NCBI RefSeq assembly: GCF_001447785.1
Contig: NW_015172587.1
Span: forward strand, 327,776 to 391,775
DNA: 64,000 nt
Direction: 5' to 3'
Origin: Gekko japonicus
Lineage: Eukaryota
In this document: piece after piece, positions 13,305-23,639 of the stretch
Layout: each line of letters begins with the position of its first letter
How positions within the stretch are numbered: the stretch's first letter is position 1
Program-made: the position numbers and the translations under genes
Notes under the pieces: generated by a model
The model's database searches: none
What the model was told of the DNA's origin: nothing
Seen by the model: the letters and a program-made list of their open reading frames with translations, nothing else

Positions 13305-13484
13305 CTCCGGCGGCAGGTACGGCGGATTGTTGGCCTTCCCTCCCCGGTGTCGTCCGTTCTTCTTCCTCCCCTTGGAAGACCCGCCACCAGAGCCACTGCC
13401 GCCGCGGCCTCGCAGGCCCCCACCGTTCCCGCCCCCCACGGGCCGGCAGCAGCCCCCAAACAGTTCTGACACCCGCGAATCCAT
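13305..13484 (-). CDS. GTPBP2: GTP-binding protein 2, coding exon 1
   Basis: ATG at 13484; MDSRVSELFGGCCRP...KANNPPYLPPE; donor GAG|gtgagt; GC/CpG-rich; 180 nt. Confidence 0.95.
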
Positions 13485-13800
13485 CCTGGATCGGCCGGCC
13501 TGCTGCCACCCTGGCCAGCCGGCCGGCCCGCCCTCCCCCAGCAGCGCGGATGCGACTTCGTTCTGACGGCGATCCTCTACCCTGGCTCCTAGCGTCAGAA
13601 AACAACCGCAGGGCACCACGGGAAACAGACCCGACGGCAACGCTATGGACTACAACTCCCAGCAGCCTCTTCACCGAGGCAAGACCATTGATGCCATCCC
13701 AAAGATGACTCGCACCAATTTCGACGCGAAGCGTTAAGCGCCACGGGTATTGAGAGGGGTATGAAGTATAATATCTGGACTTCCTAATGTAACCAAGGAC
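13485..13800 (-). promoter_or_regulatory. GTPBP2 CpG-island promoter/5'UTR with ZNF143/THAP11 (SBS) motif
   Basis: CpG-rich; GACTACAACTCCCAGCAGCC at 13648-13667 matches the ACTACAnnTCCCAG motif typical of housekeeping and bidirectional promoters. Confidence 0.7.
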
Positions 13801-14058
13801 CTTTCCTGGGGACGCAGATGCTGTCAGTCTCACAGACGCTTTTAGGATTGCACCTGAGTTTTCTCCCTGAAGATCTACCAGAGGTGTTGTTTTCATTATT
13901 TATTTCCGAAACATGTATTTTAGCATCGCTTTCAAAGCTTGCGTTCATTAACTTCCTCTTTCAGACGCCAAATAGTGAATTTTTGAAAGGAGGATACGAA
14001 ATTATCCAATAAGGGTTTAAAACAACTTTTTTCTTTGATCCCTCTCATTACCCCGTAG

Positions 14059-14212
14059 GTAAAGGTAAAGGTTCCCTTGCTCTAAATCCAGTCGAGTCCA
14101 ACTTTAGGGTTGCGGTGCTCATCTCCGTTTCAAAGCCGAAGAGCCAGCGCTGTCTGAAGACGTTTCCGTGGTCATGTGGCCGGCGTGACTAAACACCAAA
14201 CACCGCAGCTCC
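14059..14212 (-). mobile_element. Internally deleted Sauria-type SINE
   Basis: On minus: 5' GGAGCTGCGGTG fused directly to the 3' half, ending in an (ACCTTT)n tail; flanked by CTCATTAC repeats; inverted match to 14475-14536. Confidence 0.75.
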
Positions 14213-14275
14213 CTCATTACACAACCGAAGTGTTAAAACTGCACCACCAAAATTAAAACAGAGGTATTTATGAAA

Positions 14276-14541
14276 GAGCTGCGGTGGCTCAAGTGGTTAA
14301 GACGCTGAACTGCAGGCTGTGGAAGGTCAGGAGTTCGAGACCCGGGTGCCGCAAGACGGAGTGTGCTTCCGTCTCTAGTTGCAGCTCCTGCCAACCTAGC
14401 AGTTCGAAAGCAAGAAATTGCAAGTAGATAAATAGGTACCACTTCGGTGGGAAGGTAACAGCGTTCCGTGCGCCTTGGTGTTTAGTCATGCCAGTCACAT
14501 GACCACGGAAACGTCTTCAGAGAGCGCTGGCTCTTCAGCTT
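14276..14541 (+). mobile_element. Sauria-type tRNA-derived SINE (tail displaced to 17018-17034 by the Gypsy insertion)
   Basis: A/B-box-like TGGCTCAAGTGG and GTTCGAGAC; GGAACCTTTACCTTT tail at 17018; TSD TATTTATGAAA (14265) / TATTTATAAAA (17035). Confidence 0.8.
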
Positions 14542-15541
14542 AGTCCGCACAAATGCGTACTTCCCCATTTGGCTTTACTGAGGAAATTATGGGGGTCTCC
14601 CACCGGGCCGACGCAACTGGTTCTAGGACTCCTTGTTCCACCAGACGGTCGAGTTCGGCCTCGATCTTCAGCTTCATTGCTATAGGCAGCAGCTGGGCCT
14701 TTATGCGAATGGGCCACACCACTGGGTCGAGGTCCAGAGATATGGGGGGGCTGTGAACCACCCCAGTGTGCCATCAAAGACACGGGGAAATTCCGCACAC
14801 ACTGTGCCAAAGTCCCGCAACCTGACCTGATGGATTCCCTTAACCAAGAGTTCCAGGGCCTCGAACCAAGAGAGTCCTAACAGGCTGGAGAGAGGCCTGT
14901 CCACCACCAGCAGGTCTAAGGTGCCATTAAAGTCTTGGAACTGCACCCAGAACTTGCCCCAACCCCGCACCGCCACAGGGTTCTTATTGAAGTCCCGTAA
15001 CCGAAAACCCTGGGACTTCCGCAGGGGAGGGCCCCCCAGGGACATAGCGTGTGGAGCATATCCGCAGAGATGATGGAGTAGGTTGACCCCGTGTCAATCT
15101 CCATGCTGCAGGGGGACCCCTCTATAAGAACTGTGACATGTATCTTCTTGGGGCCATCAGGGGGCAAGTTACAGACCGGTTGCTGCGGAAAGTGGGCCGA
15201 TACGGAGTGGAGGTCGGCGGGCGGGTCCGGCGAGGTCTGGTGTGCTGTTGACTTCTGGCGTGGTCCCTTGGAGCGGCAGACCCTGGCAATGTGCCCCGAT
15301 TTGTTGCAGGTGAGGCAGATCGCATTTCGGAAATGGCACGATTTTCACTCATGGCCTTCCTCACAGCTGGCACACGGAACTGACGTGGTTGAAGCCTTGC
15401 CCGGTTTGGAGGATGAGTGTCGCTGGAGGGCCTGTAGAACCTCTTCCTCGTCTGAGGTGTCAGAGCCGACAGTCATTTGGGTGCGGTGGACTGCCTTGGT
15501 GCGGCGGTCTTGATGGGCTTTCTCATATGCGGTGGCTGAAA

Positions 15542-16082
15542 TGTCTTTCAGTAGAGAGCGGTGTAACTCTTCTAGCCACAAGGAGACCGACAACCAATAC
15601 ACACCAGTACAGCACAGCTCAGGTCCGTGACCTTGTTTATTTAGTAGTATCCTCAATAATAACACAAGCCCCGACCTGCAGGGAAGAAGGCTTAAAAAAC
15701 GGAGAGGGAGAGGAGTGGCTCTCTCAATCCTTTTCAGGTGTATAGCACGATACAACTTCATCTTAAAGAGATATACACCACATCTCCCTTTCATAGTTAA
15801 AATAACAATGATGATTACATTGATATTAACATATTTAAAACAATAATTAAATTTTTAAAATCCATATATTTCAGGTCGAAACACTGATCTACCATGTGCT
15901 GTAACATATATTGGTTGCCTATGATATTCTGGTACCTCACTATTTTTCTCTATTCCCCTCTCTTCTCCTTTTTTGATATTTTCTCTACTATCCCCCTCTT
16001 TCTGAGCTTTGAGCCTCTGTCTATTTCTTATATACACTTGGCCATTATCTGTCACCACCTGATATGCTCGAGGTTGCTCGCC
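15542..16082 (-). mobile_element. 3' end of a second Gypsy element (B) nested in element A gag: integrase tail, PPT, 3'LTR
   Basis: PRAYQVVTDNGQVYIRNRQRL...TAHGRSVFRP resembles a Gypsy integrase C-tail; sharp drop in GC; PPT AAAGGGAGA 15791-15783; LTR TGTGGTG..GACA 15782-15542 with AATAAA. Confidence 0.8.
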
Positions 16083-16682
16083 CATGAGGTGCGGGAAGGA
16101 GCAATTGGTGGCCGCTCGCCTGAGGCCAGCCAAGTACTCGGAGGCTGGCTCGTTCGGCCCTTGAACCCTCAGGCAAAAGTCCATGCGCTCGGCAAATTTC
16201 GTGGGCTTAGGCGAAAGGTGGTCGGTCAACGCCTTCACTAGCACCGAGTAAGGCTCATCCTTTGTCTTCTTAGGGGCGATGAGGTCCTTGAGCAATAGGA
16301 CGGTGTCCATGCCGCACAATTGCAGGAGATGAGCTTTCTTCTTCCTCTCGTCCGCAATGTCGTTGCAGTCAAAGTAGTTTTTGAGGATCTCGAGCCAGGT
16401 CTCCCATTCCGTGGGGCAGGAGATATTGAAGGCGGCGATGTTGCCCTGGTTGGTCGCCATTGTGCGGCGGCCATGTGGTTGGAGTATCTTAGGAACGGCG
16501 GCGGCAGCTGGAGCGTCGCGGAAAGTGCTGCTGCTCTCGGGGTCAGCAGGGCGAGTTACGGAGCCAGGAGTGGAGCAATGAGCCGCGGCCGGAGAACCAG
16601 GGTGCGGAGCGGAGCGGCTTGCGGCGGTCTTGGCGTCGGGGCTCGATGCGGTGCTCGAATTGGCGTCCGGGTCGTTGTTCAT
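15855..16682 (-). CDS. Chimeric 275-aa ORF: Gypsy Gag N-terminal part fused to integrase C-tail (expression unknown)
   Basis: ATG just after the PBS; WETWLEILKNYF..KKAHLL..ERMDFCLRVQGPNEPASEYLAGLRRAATNCSF is Gag-like; uninterrupted ORF. Confidence 0.45.
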   Translation of the reverse strand: MNNDPDANSSTASSPDAKTAASRSAPHPGSPAAAHCSTPGSVTRPADPESSSTFRDAPAAAAVPKILQPHGRRTMATNQGNIAAFNISCPTEWETWLEILKNYFDCNDIADERKKKAHLLQLCGMDTVLLLKDLIAPKKTKDEPYSVLVKALTDHLSPKPTKFAERMDFCLRVQGPNEPASEYLAGLRRAATNCSFPHLMGEQPRAYQVVTDNGQVYIRNRQRLKAQKEGDSRENIKKGEERGIEKNSEVPEYHRQPIYVTAHGRSVFRPEIYGF

Positions 16683-17759
16683 GGGAGTGCAGATCCCACC
16701 TTCGTCGCCAGTGAAAAGTATGCAGACGGAGAGTGATTCAGCTAAGCATACTTTATTCAGTCAGGAACAAGACACCTTGGCCAGCTCGCAGTCCGGCTTA
16801 TATTCCCACAGAACCCACCACCATAACACACACCCCACTTCCCGATAGGCTATTTACAGTAACCGAGAGGCCTATTGGCCTCACGGTCTGGGACCTAGCC
16901 CTCTGATTGGGCCGGGCTAGGATCCTACTGACCCATTGTCTTTCGGCGCGAAGCTTGAGGTTTTGTCCCTGGACAAGTCTGGACATGCCCGGCCCTGTCA
17001 GGGCTGGATACACTACAGGAACCTTTACCTTTTTTATTTATAAAATAAGTCTTTTCATTAATCTTCAGTTCAAAGTGAAAGGAATTTGCAGTCCTTCGAT
17101 TCTCAACAGTGACTTTAGGACTCTTGCTGCTTTCTGCTGCCACAGACAGACTAACACGGCTCCCCATCTTGATCTACACAGATTTTGCTGTTATTGCTGG
17201 GATAACTATCACTCCCCCTCTCCCTCCCCCTGAATTTAATAATGATAACTGATACACTCAGTGAACTAGCATACAGTGAAGTTTGATATTTTGATGCAAC
17301 ACTTTCAGATATGCAGTACGTTTGTATATGCTGCCACAGCCATATAAATGCAAAATAATGGAAATATAAAGAGCGGCCTAATAATTAAAGCTGCTGAACT
17401 ACAGATCCCATCATGCCATAAGAACACACAGATTGAGTTCCACTCACCCTCACCGCTAGTGGGCGGCTTTGTTTTCAAACATAGCCACCTCTTCGGTATT
17501 TGTTCTGGACCTTGCCCACTGTGCTGGCTTACAGCAGATAGCAACATTTCTGGACCTTGCCCACTGTGCTGGCTTACTGCAGATTGCATCAGTTGGAAAA
17601 GACTGCTCTGATTAGAAAATCCATTGCATCTAGTCTGATGCAATGAATTTACTAAACAGCAATCAGTGCAGAGCCTCAGTACAAGACTTTCTCTGTGCAG
17701 CTCAGTGACTATTAGTGGCCCATCCAATCTGACACAGTGTCACACAGTAGCCAAAACCC

Positions 17760-18240
17760 AGGTACTGTCCATGCTTGTAGCTGCCACCACTTCCTGTGGC
17801 AGAGAATTCCATGTGTTAATTACTCTTTCGGTGAAGAAGTATTTCCTTTTATCTTTTCTAAATCTACTGGTCATTAATTTCATTGAGTGCCCATGTATTG
17901 TGAGACGGGGAGAAAAGTACTTTTTTCTCTTCTCTACTCATGCATAATTTTGTAAACCTCTATTGTGTCTCCCCTCAGTTGTTGATCCTCCAAGCTAAAG
18001 AGCCTTAACCTCTTTAACATTTTTCATAGGGAAGGTGTTCCATCACCATAATTTTAATTGCCCTTTCCCAATGCTATCTTTTTTGAGGTGTGCTGACCAG
18101 AACTTTACACAGTATTCCAAATGAGGCTACACCATAGATTTATACAGGGGCATTATGATACTGGCTGATTTGTTTTCAGTCCCCTTCCTAATAATCCCCA
18201 GTATAGTATTTGCCCTTTTTTATTGCAGTTGCTGAACATT
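17760..18240 (-). mobile_element. CR1 LINE 3' fragment
   Basis: Characteristic CR1 3' ORF2 sequence (CCTGTGGCAGAGAATTCCA; GACCAGAACTTTACACAGTATTCCAA). Confidence 0.7.
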
Positions 18241-19339
18241 TTGTAGTTAGGCAAAAAATCCTGTTAGTGCCTCTGTGGCAGTATAAATAATTATTTAATT
18301 TTTATTCCGCCCCTCCTTCAAGAAGCTCAAGGTAATATCTATATACATCCTTTGCTTCTTACAGCAACCCTGTGGTATAATTTAGGCTGAGAGACTGTTG
18401 CTGGCCCAAGACCACCCAGTCAAGTTTATGGCACAGAGTGGATTTGAACCAGGTCTCCCTGGTCTGATGCTAGTCATTATGTCACCTTGGTTTCCTAAAG
18501 CTAAATAATGGTTTTCAATAAGCTAAATAACTGATAATCTGCCACCTTCTAATGATAACTCCCCCAGGCTGCCCTATCTCTAGGGATCCTATGTCTGGAG
18601 GAGGAGGGTGCAATGTGCTTGCCCCTATCTGTGCATGCTGGGTTCTGCTCCTCACAGTGCAATCCTGAGCAGAGTTATAATCTTCTAATTCCATATAAGT
18701 GAATGGGCTTAAAAAGGTGTAACTCTGTTCAGGATGGTACTGTTGCAGAACAATGTTAAACAGGTCCACACCAAAATCCTTCAAGTCTGTACAGTGGGGT
18801 TTACTTCAAGGAAAGTGTTCTTAAGATTCACTGGAACAAAGTTTGAGTCCAGTGGCAACCTTTAAGACCAACAACCTTTTATTCAAGGTATAAGCTTTTG
18901 TGTGCATGCACACATCTTCAAATACATTGAAATGGAAGTTGCCAGTCCATACATATAGGTAGAGGGTGATCAGCAAATTAGCATACAGCATAATAAAGTT
19001 GTTTGACAAATGCAAGCACCAAAATGAAATAACAAGCTTAATTTATATGGTCACCATTTGTTTGGGTTTAATCATAGTGAAGAAAATAAATATATCCGAA
19101 TCGGAGACTGATGGGCAGATGTACTCTTCTTATTTGTGGAATGCTATGAGTAATTAACTGAGACCTTGCTATTACGCTCTGTCTCCTCTCAAGCATAGAA
19201 GCAACCTTACAGCATCCTCTTCTTTGGGGTGGGGCAATTGGCTGTGCATTGTATATCTTCTGTCCTCAGACCAGAGAAATGGATTCCAATCTACCATTCC
19301 AAATTACATTACATTCTACTATTCATTACATTACATTAC

Positions 19340-19717
19340 TGTGGTGTATTCAATGCAATGACAACTGTATGTGAATCACCCTATTGAATCACCATGTTAA
19401 GCTTCGTCCTGGGCTAGGATCCTAATCCCTCCAATCGCATTAGTAGCCCAGGAAGAACCAACCAATCAAGTGCCAGCAAGCTCCCTGAGCGGGAACGTCT
19501 GTGATTGGTCATTATGTATACAATCTTATTGGTTGGTAATGTATAGTAGGGCATGGCTACATTAGCCGGGAGAGTTTAACAGCAGAACAGCTTCAATGCA
19601 AAAGCTGTTCTGGCTATCAGATGTTGATCTGTGTTGGAGTTGTGTTCGAGTTGTTGAATAAAGCTGAATCTTTGCTGAATCACTCTCCGACTACTTTGTT
19701 AAGCGAGCAATTTAACA
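19340..19717 (+). mobile_element. Solo LTR (Gypsy-type)
   Basis: TG...CA termini, perfect 5-bp TSD ATTAC, AATAAA, CCAAT boxes. Confidence 0.85.
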
Positions 19718-20059
19718 ATTACAATCTACTATTCTAATCTATTCCAAATAAGAAATAAAACAAATAGGATGTATAGCCCTATCTGGGGGATTTTATTTGC
19801 CCGGACTATTAATGGGATATAAATTGCAGGTTTCGGAGGGGTGTGTGTGCAGATTTGGGGGTTTATTTTGTTCATTATAAATTGTATTGCTTTTAATTAC
19901 GATTTGTAAGCTGCCATAAGAAAAGGTGGGTTGTCACTATTTTAATTAATAAATGAATAAATATTGGCATACCAAAGGCCATAAAGTGATTCTGTGGCTG
20001 AGGACGAACTTAAAGCTAGGTCTCTCCTTCAACAAATTCTCTAGCCATTCCATTTTGTT

Positions 20060-20620
20060 AGATTAGTCTACTGCATTTGATACAATGGACAATGTCATTT
20101 TGTTGCACTGCTCAGAACAAGGCTTTGGGGTGACCAGTATGGTCCTCTGTTGGTTCTTAGCTTTTTAATTTGATAGATGACAGAGAGTTCCTTTGGAAAC
20201 GTTGATTCAGCACCAGGGAAGAGAGCTGTGATGGTCTTCAAGGCTTGGTGTTTTGTCTGGTTATACAAGACCTATGGAAGAGATCATCATCCTGAACATT
20301 GCAGTTGAATAGTATCAATATGCTGATGACACAAAGCTATATATCTTTATCAAAATCCAGATGTGGCTGTTTTGTCACATTCCAGTGCCTGGAGGCTAGG
20401 CTCAAGAAGGTAAGGGTGAACAAGTCCAGGGTGAATCCAGACAAGGCAGAAGTGTTGTTGACTGGAGAGGCTGTTGTTCTTGAGGGAAATACTCTACCTC
20501 TGCTAGACAAAGATAAACCAACCCTTTCTGATTATGTGAAGAGGCTGAAGATGCTCTTGAATTCATTCTTGAACTTTGAAATGCAGGTTGTTTTTATTAT
20601 CAATAGTGCTTTTTCAATGT
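20060..20620 (+). mobile_element. Degenerate L2-clade LINE RT fragment
   Basis: GCATTTGATACAATGGAC (AFDTMD), CAATATGCTGATGACACA (QYADDT), VNPDKAEVL. Confidence 0.7.
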
Positions 20621-21517
20621 CTGGGGTATATGATTTGGGGTGGTTGGGTGTGAAGGCATGTCAGTGAACCATTCTAGAATATTAATAGAATCTTCCTGAG
20701 ATCAGCCCAAACAGAAGGTCTTGGTTCCAGAACCAGCGAAGGTCACCTTGAACGGCAGAGTTCCCTAAGTTTGAGAAGATATTATTTGGGGTGGTCCAGA
20801 ACTCAACATTTGTTATTATATTGGCTAATATAGAACTAGAAACTGCGAACTTGGAACCGACTTCAGTCTCCCCTTAAACAATAATAAAAGAAGAAGAGGA
20901 AGAAGAAGAGGAGATTGGATTTATATCCCACCCTTCACTACCCAAAGGTGTCTCAGAGAGGCTTACAAACTAAAGCATTAACAGCAATTTTGCAGCATTA
21001 TAAGGCCATTAAGAAACACAGGTAACGCATTGCTTTAGCAAGTAGAAAGATACAAAGACATAGACGCTTGCAATCAGGCATGACCATATTAGGCATTGCT
21101 AGGGCCCGTTACTAAGGGAGATGTTAACCTTGCTTTATTTCTGTAATCAGAGGTTTAACACCTGTTGATAAACAGGAAAGCTTCGGCCTTCCCACAAGCA
21201 AGATGTGCGGTCAGCCAAGGATGTTGTGGTCTTGAAAAGTACAGAATGCTCAAAATACACTGCCAAGGTCTTCTAATAATCTTTCTGCTAAAAAATGACA
21301 AGGAATTTTTTTTTTTTTGCACTCTGTAACTATATAAACCTGACTCCACCTTCATTTGGTGTGCAGCCCTGTTCAAAAGTGCCTCTCGGTACAAGTACCC
21401 GGTGCCATAATAAACAGCTGTTGACTCTCCTTGCTGATTCTCTGGTGGTCTGTCTCTCAGAATTCCGGCTACACAAACTCCTTTCCCTTCCCCTCCCCAC
21501 AACAGACACCCTGAGAG

Positions 21518-21724
21518 CAGTGTTCCCTCTAAGCTGAGGTACTGTGAGCTAGCTCACAGTTTTTTAGCCTCCAGCTCACACTTTTTTGTCTTAGCTCAGG
21601 AAGGGATGGCTCCAGAGCAAACTAATTGATGGAGCAGCCGAATCGCTTGCTCAAAAATTTAATGCCAGTAGCTCACAAAGTAGAATTTTTGCTCACAAAA
21701 CTCCACAGCTTAGAGGGAACATTG
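21518..21724 (+). mobile_element. hAT-type MITE (same family), inserted in a SINE remnant
   Basis: TIRs as above; perfect TSD CCTGAGAG. Confidence 0.9.
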
Positions 21725-21899
21725 CCTGAGAGCTCTGTTAAGGCAGAATTCAAATACGATACACAAAACTTCTTGAGACTATTATTTTGAGTATACTAAA
21801 ATTAAAAAAAAGAGCCCGAGACCACTATTTTGGGTCAAAGTTAAAACTTAATCCACTGTCCACACTAGGCGGATGGAAAGAAAAAATATTTACTTCAGC

Positions 21900-22013
21900 C
21901 TTAGGCAACCACGGCTACAAGCGAGTGTCGTTTCCGGTACTGACGTAGTAAACATTCCCATGATGCTCAGGGAGAGCGGCCATTCAAATCGGAGCGAGTT
22001 TGAAAAGCAGAAA
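21900..22013 (+). promoter_or_regulatory. MAD2L1BP proximal promoter
   Basis: Start of CpG-rich region; TGACGTA (CRE-like, 21941), TTCCCATGATGC (ZNF143-like, 21955), CHR-like TTTGAA on both strands (21983-21988, 21999-22004), YY1-like AAAATGGCCG (22011). Confidence 0.55.
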
Positions 22014-22232
22014 ATGGCCGCTCAGAGACCGAAGCACGAAGATCCTTGCTGAGAGGGGAACGAGTGGGACCCTGGATGCGTCCTCTCGCAGCTCCCCTCG
22101 CCCTGCCCGGGCGCCCTGGTCCCAGGGGCTCTCCTCTCGGGTCCGACGGACGACTCAGCTGCTCTCTCCGCTCCTCTTCCAGCCGATCTGTCCTGCGTGG
22201 CCGAGGCAGCCCCGGGATCTGACTCCATTGCT

Positions 22233-22448
22233 ATGACGGTGGCGTTGGCGCCCCCGGCTTTGACTCCCACGGCCGGCGGCGCCGTCTCGGTGTCCGTGGC
22301 TTTTCCTGGCTTGGTAACTCGCGAGGGCTGTTTCCATTTCACTTGCGAGTTCCTGAAGCACGTCCTGTACCAGCGGCAGCAACTGCCCTTGCCTTACGAG
22401 CAGCTCGCCTGCTTCTCCCAGAGGCAGCTGCTCGCGACCCCGCGCCAG
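22233..22448 (+). CDS. MAD2L1BP: MAD2L1-binding protein (p31comet), first securely coding exon; true start uncertain (22014, 22183 acceptor, or ATG 22233)
   Basis: VAFPGLVTREGCFHFTCEFLKHVLYQRQQLPLPYEQL matches the p31comet HORMA N-terminal part; donor CAG|gtaaga at 22448/22449. Confidence 0.9.
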
Positions 22449-22790
22449 GTAAGAGACGCTGGGTGGCAGGAGGCTGGTGCCCTGTTACCCCTTGGCAGGC
22501 AGTGCGGAGAGGTCCTGAGGAGTATTTTCGTTTCGGGCGCCTTTGTCAGGCATGCGGTGGCCTAAATGCCCGTTTGTGTTTTCAAGTCTATTTTCGCTGC
22601 CTTTTCCGCATCCAAGCTAATAGGACGTTATCGTGAACAACAGCCAGCTAAGGCCTGCTCTATGCATGCGGGAGAATGGGGTGGCACTAGAATGGGTTGC
22701 CTTCTGGTATATACAGATGGTAGACCCCGTGTTTAAATGCTTGTCTATTAAGAAAATCTCTGAAAATAGTAAATATACACAACAGGTAAG

Positions 22791-22878
22791 CAATGTTCCC
22801 TCTAAGCTGCAGAGCCTTGTGAGCAAAAATGCTACTTTGTGAGCTACTGGCATTAAAGTTGTGAGCAGACGATTTGAC
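22791..22878 (-). mobile_element. Half copy of the same MITE between two 158-bp direct repeats
   Basis: One TIR CAATGTTCCCTCTAAG; flanked by 22633-22790 and about 22880-23038. Confidence 0.8.
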
Positions 22879-23639
22879 TGTGAACAACAGCCAGCTAAGG
22901 CCTGCTCTATGCATGCGGGAGAATGGGGTGGCACTAGAATGGGTTGCCTTCTGGTACGTACAGATGGTAGGCCCCGTGTTTAAATGCTTGTCTATGAAGA
23001 AAATCTCTGAAAATAGTAAATTTACACAACAGGTAAGCAAGTTGGATGAAACCTTAATGTGCTGACTTTGTTATATTACGCCTCGGATAGTTTTTGTTAC
23101 CTTAGCTTTTGTTTGAGGTGTTTTCCAGTGCTATAATCCTAGTCCTACTATATTGTTTACTAGAGATCTTTGATGTCTGATTGAAGTGCTCAAGATGGGT
23201 AGCCATGATAGTCTGTCTGTAGCAGCAGAAAAGAGCAAGAGTCCAGTAGCACCTTAAAGACCAACATTTGTGGCAGAGTATGAGCTTTCGTGAGTCACTG
23301 CTCACATGAAAGCTTATACCCTGCCATGAATTTTGTTAGTCTTTAAGGTGCTGCTGGATTCTTGCTCTTTTCTGATTGCATTGCTGTTTTCCACTTTGCA
23401 ATTTACCTCAAGTCTGAGTGAGAAAGGTGGGTTAAACATGAAGTAAATAAAAGCCCAAAATATTTAATTAACAATTGTTATGAAGTAAATAAGTAATATT
23501 GGGGAAACTTGAAGATGGCTGATTAAAAACTCAGCCCAGCATAAAAATATAGGCCACAAAAACAAATCACTGACAGCTTAAAATAAGCTTTAAGACTAAA
23601 ATAGTGTTTTTAAAAAATCAATCTCTTTGGACTCGAGTG

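Larger units (their letters stand above)
14542..17017 (-). mobile_element. Truncated Ty3/Gypsy LTR retrotransposon (element A): 5'LTR, PBS, gag, protease, start of RT
   Basis: LTR TG..CA 17017-16712 with AATAAA; PBS TGGCGACGAAG 16710-16700; zinc knuckle CLTCNKSGHIARVC; protease IDTGSTYSII; RT start WETPIISSVKPNGEVRICAD; contains stops and frameshifts. Confidence 0.9.

Noticed and set aside
13297-13896. Long GC-rich ORFs (199, 138, 123 aa) over the GTPBP2 promoter
   Set aside because: Expected in CpG islands; only 13305-13484 matches GTPBP2 and the others have no recognisable motifs.
14276-14350. tRNA-like A/B boxes (also at about 52440-52485)
   Set aside because: These are heads of tRNA-derived SINEs followed by SINE body and tail; no complete cloverleaf.
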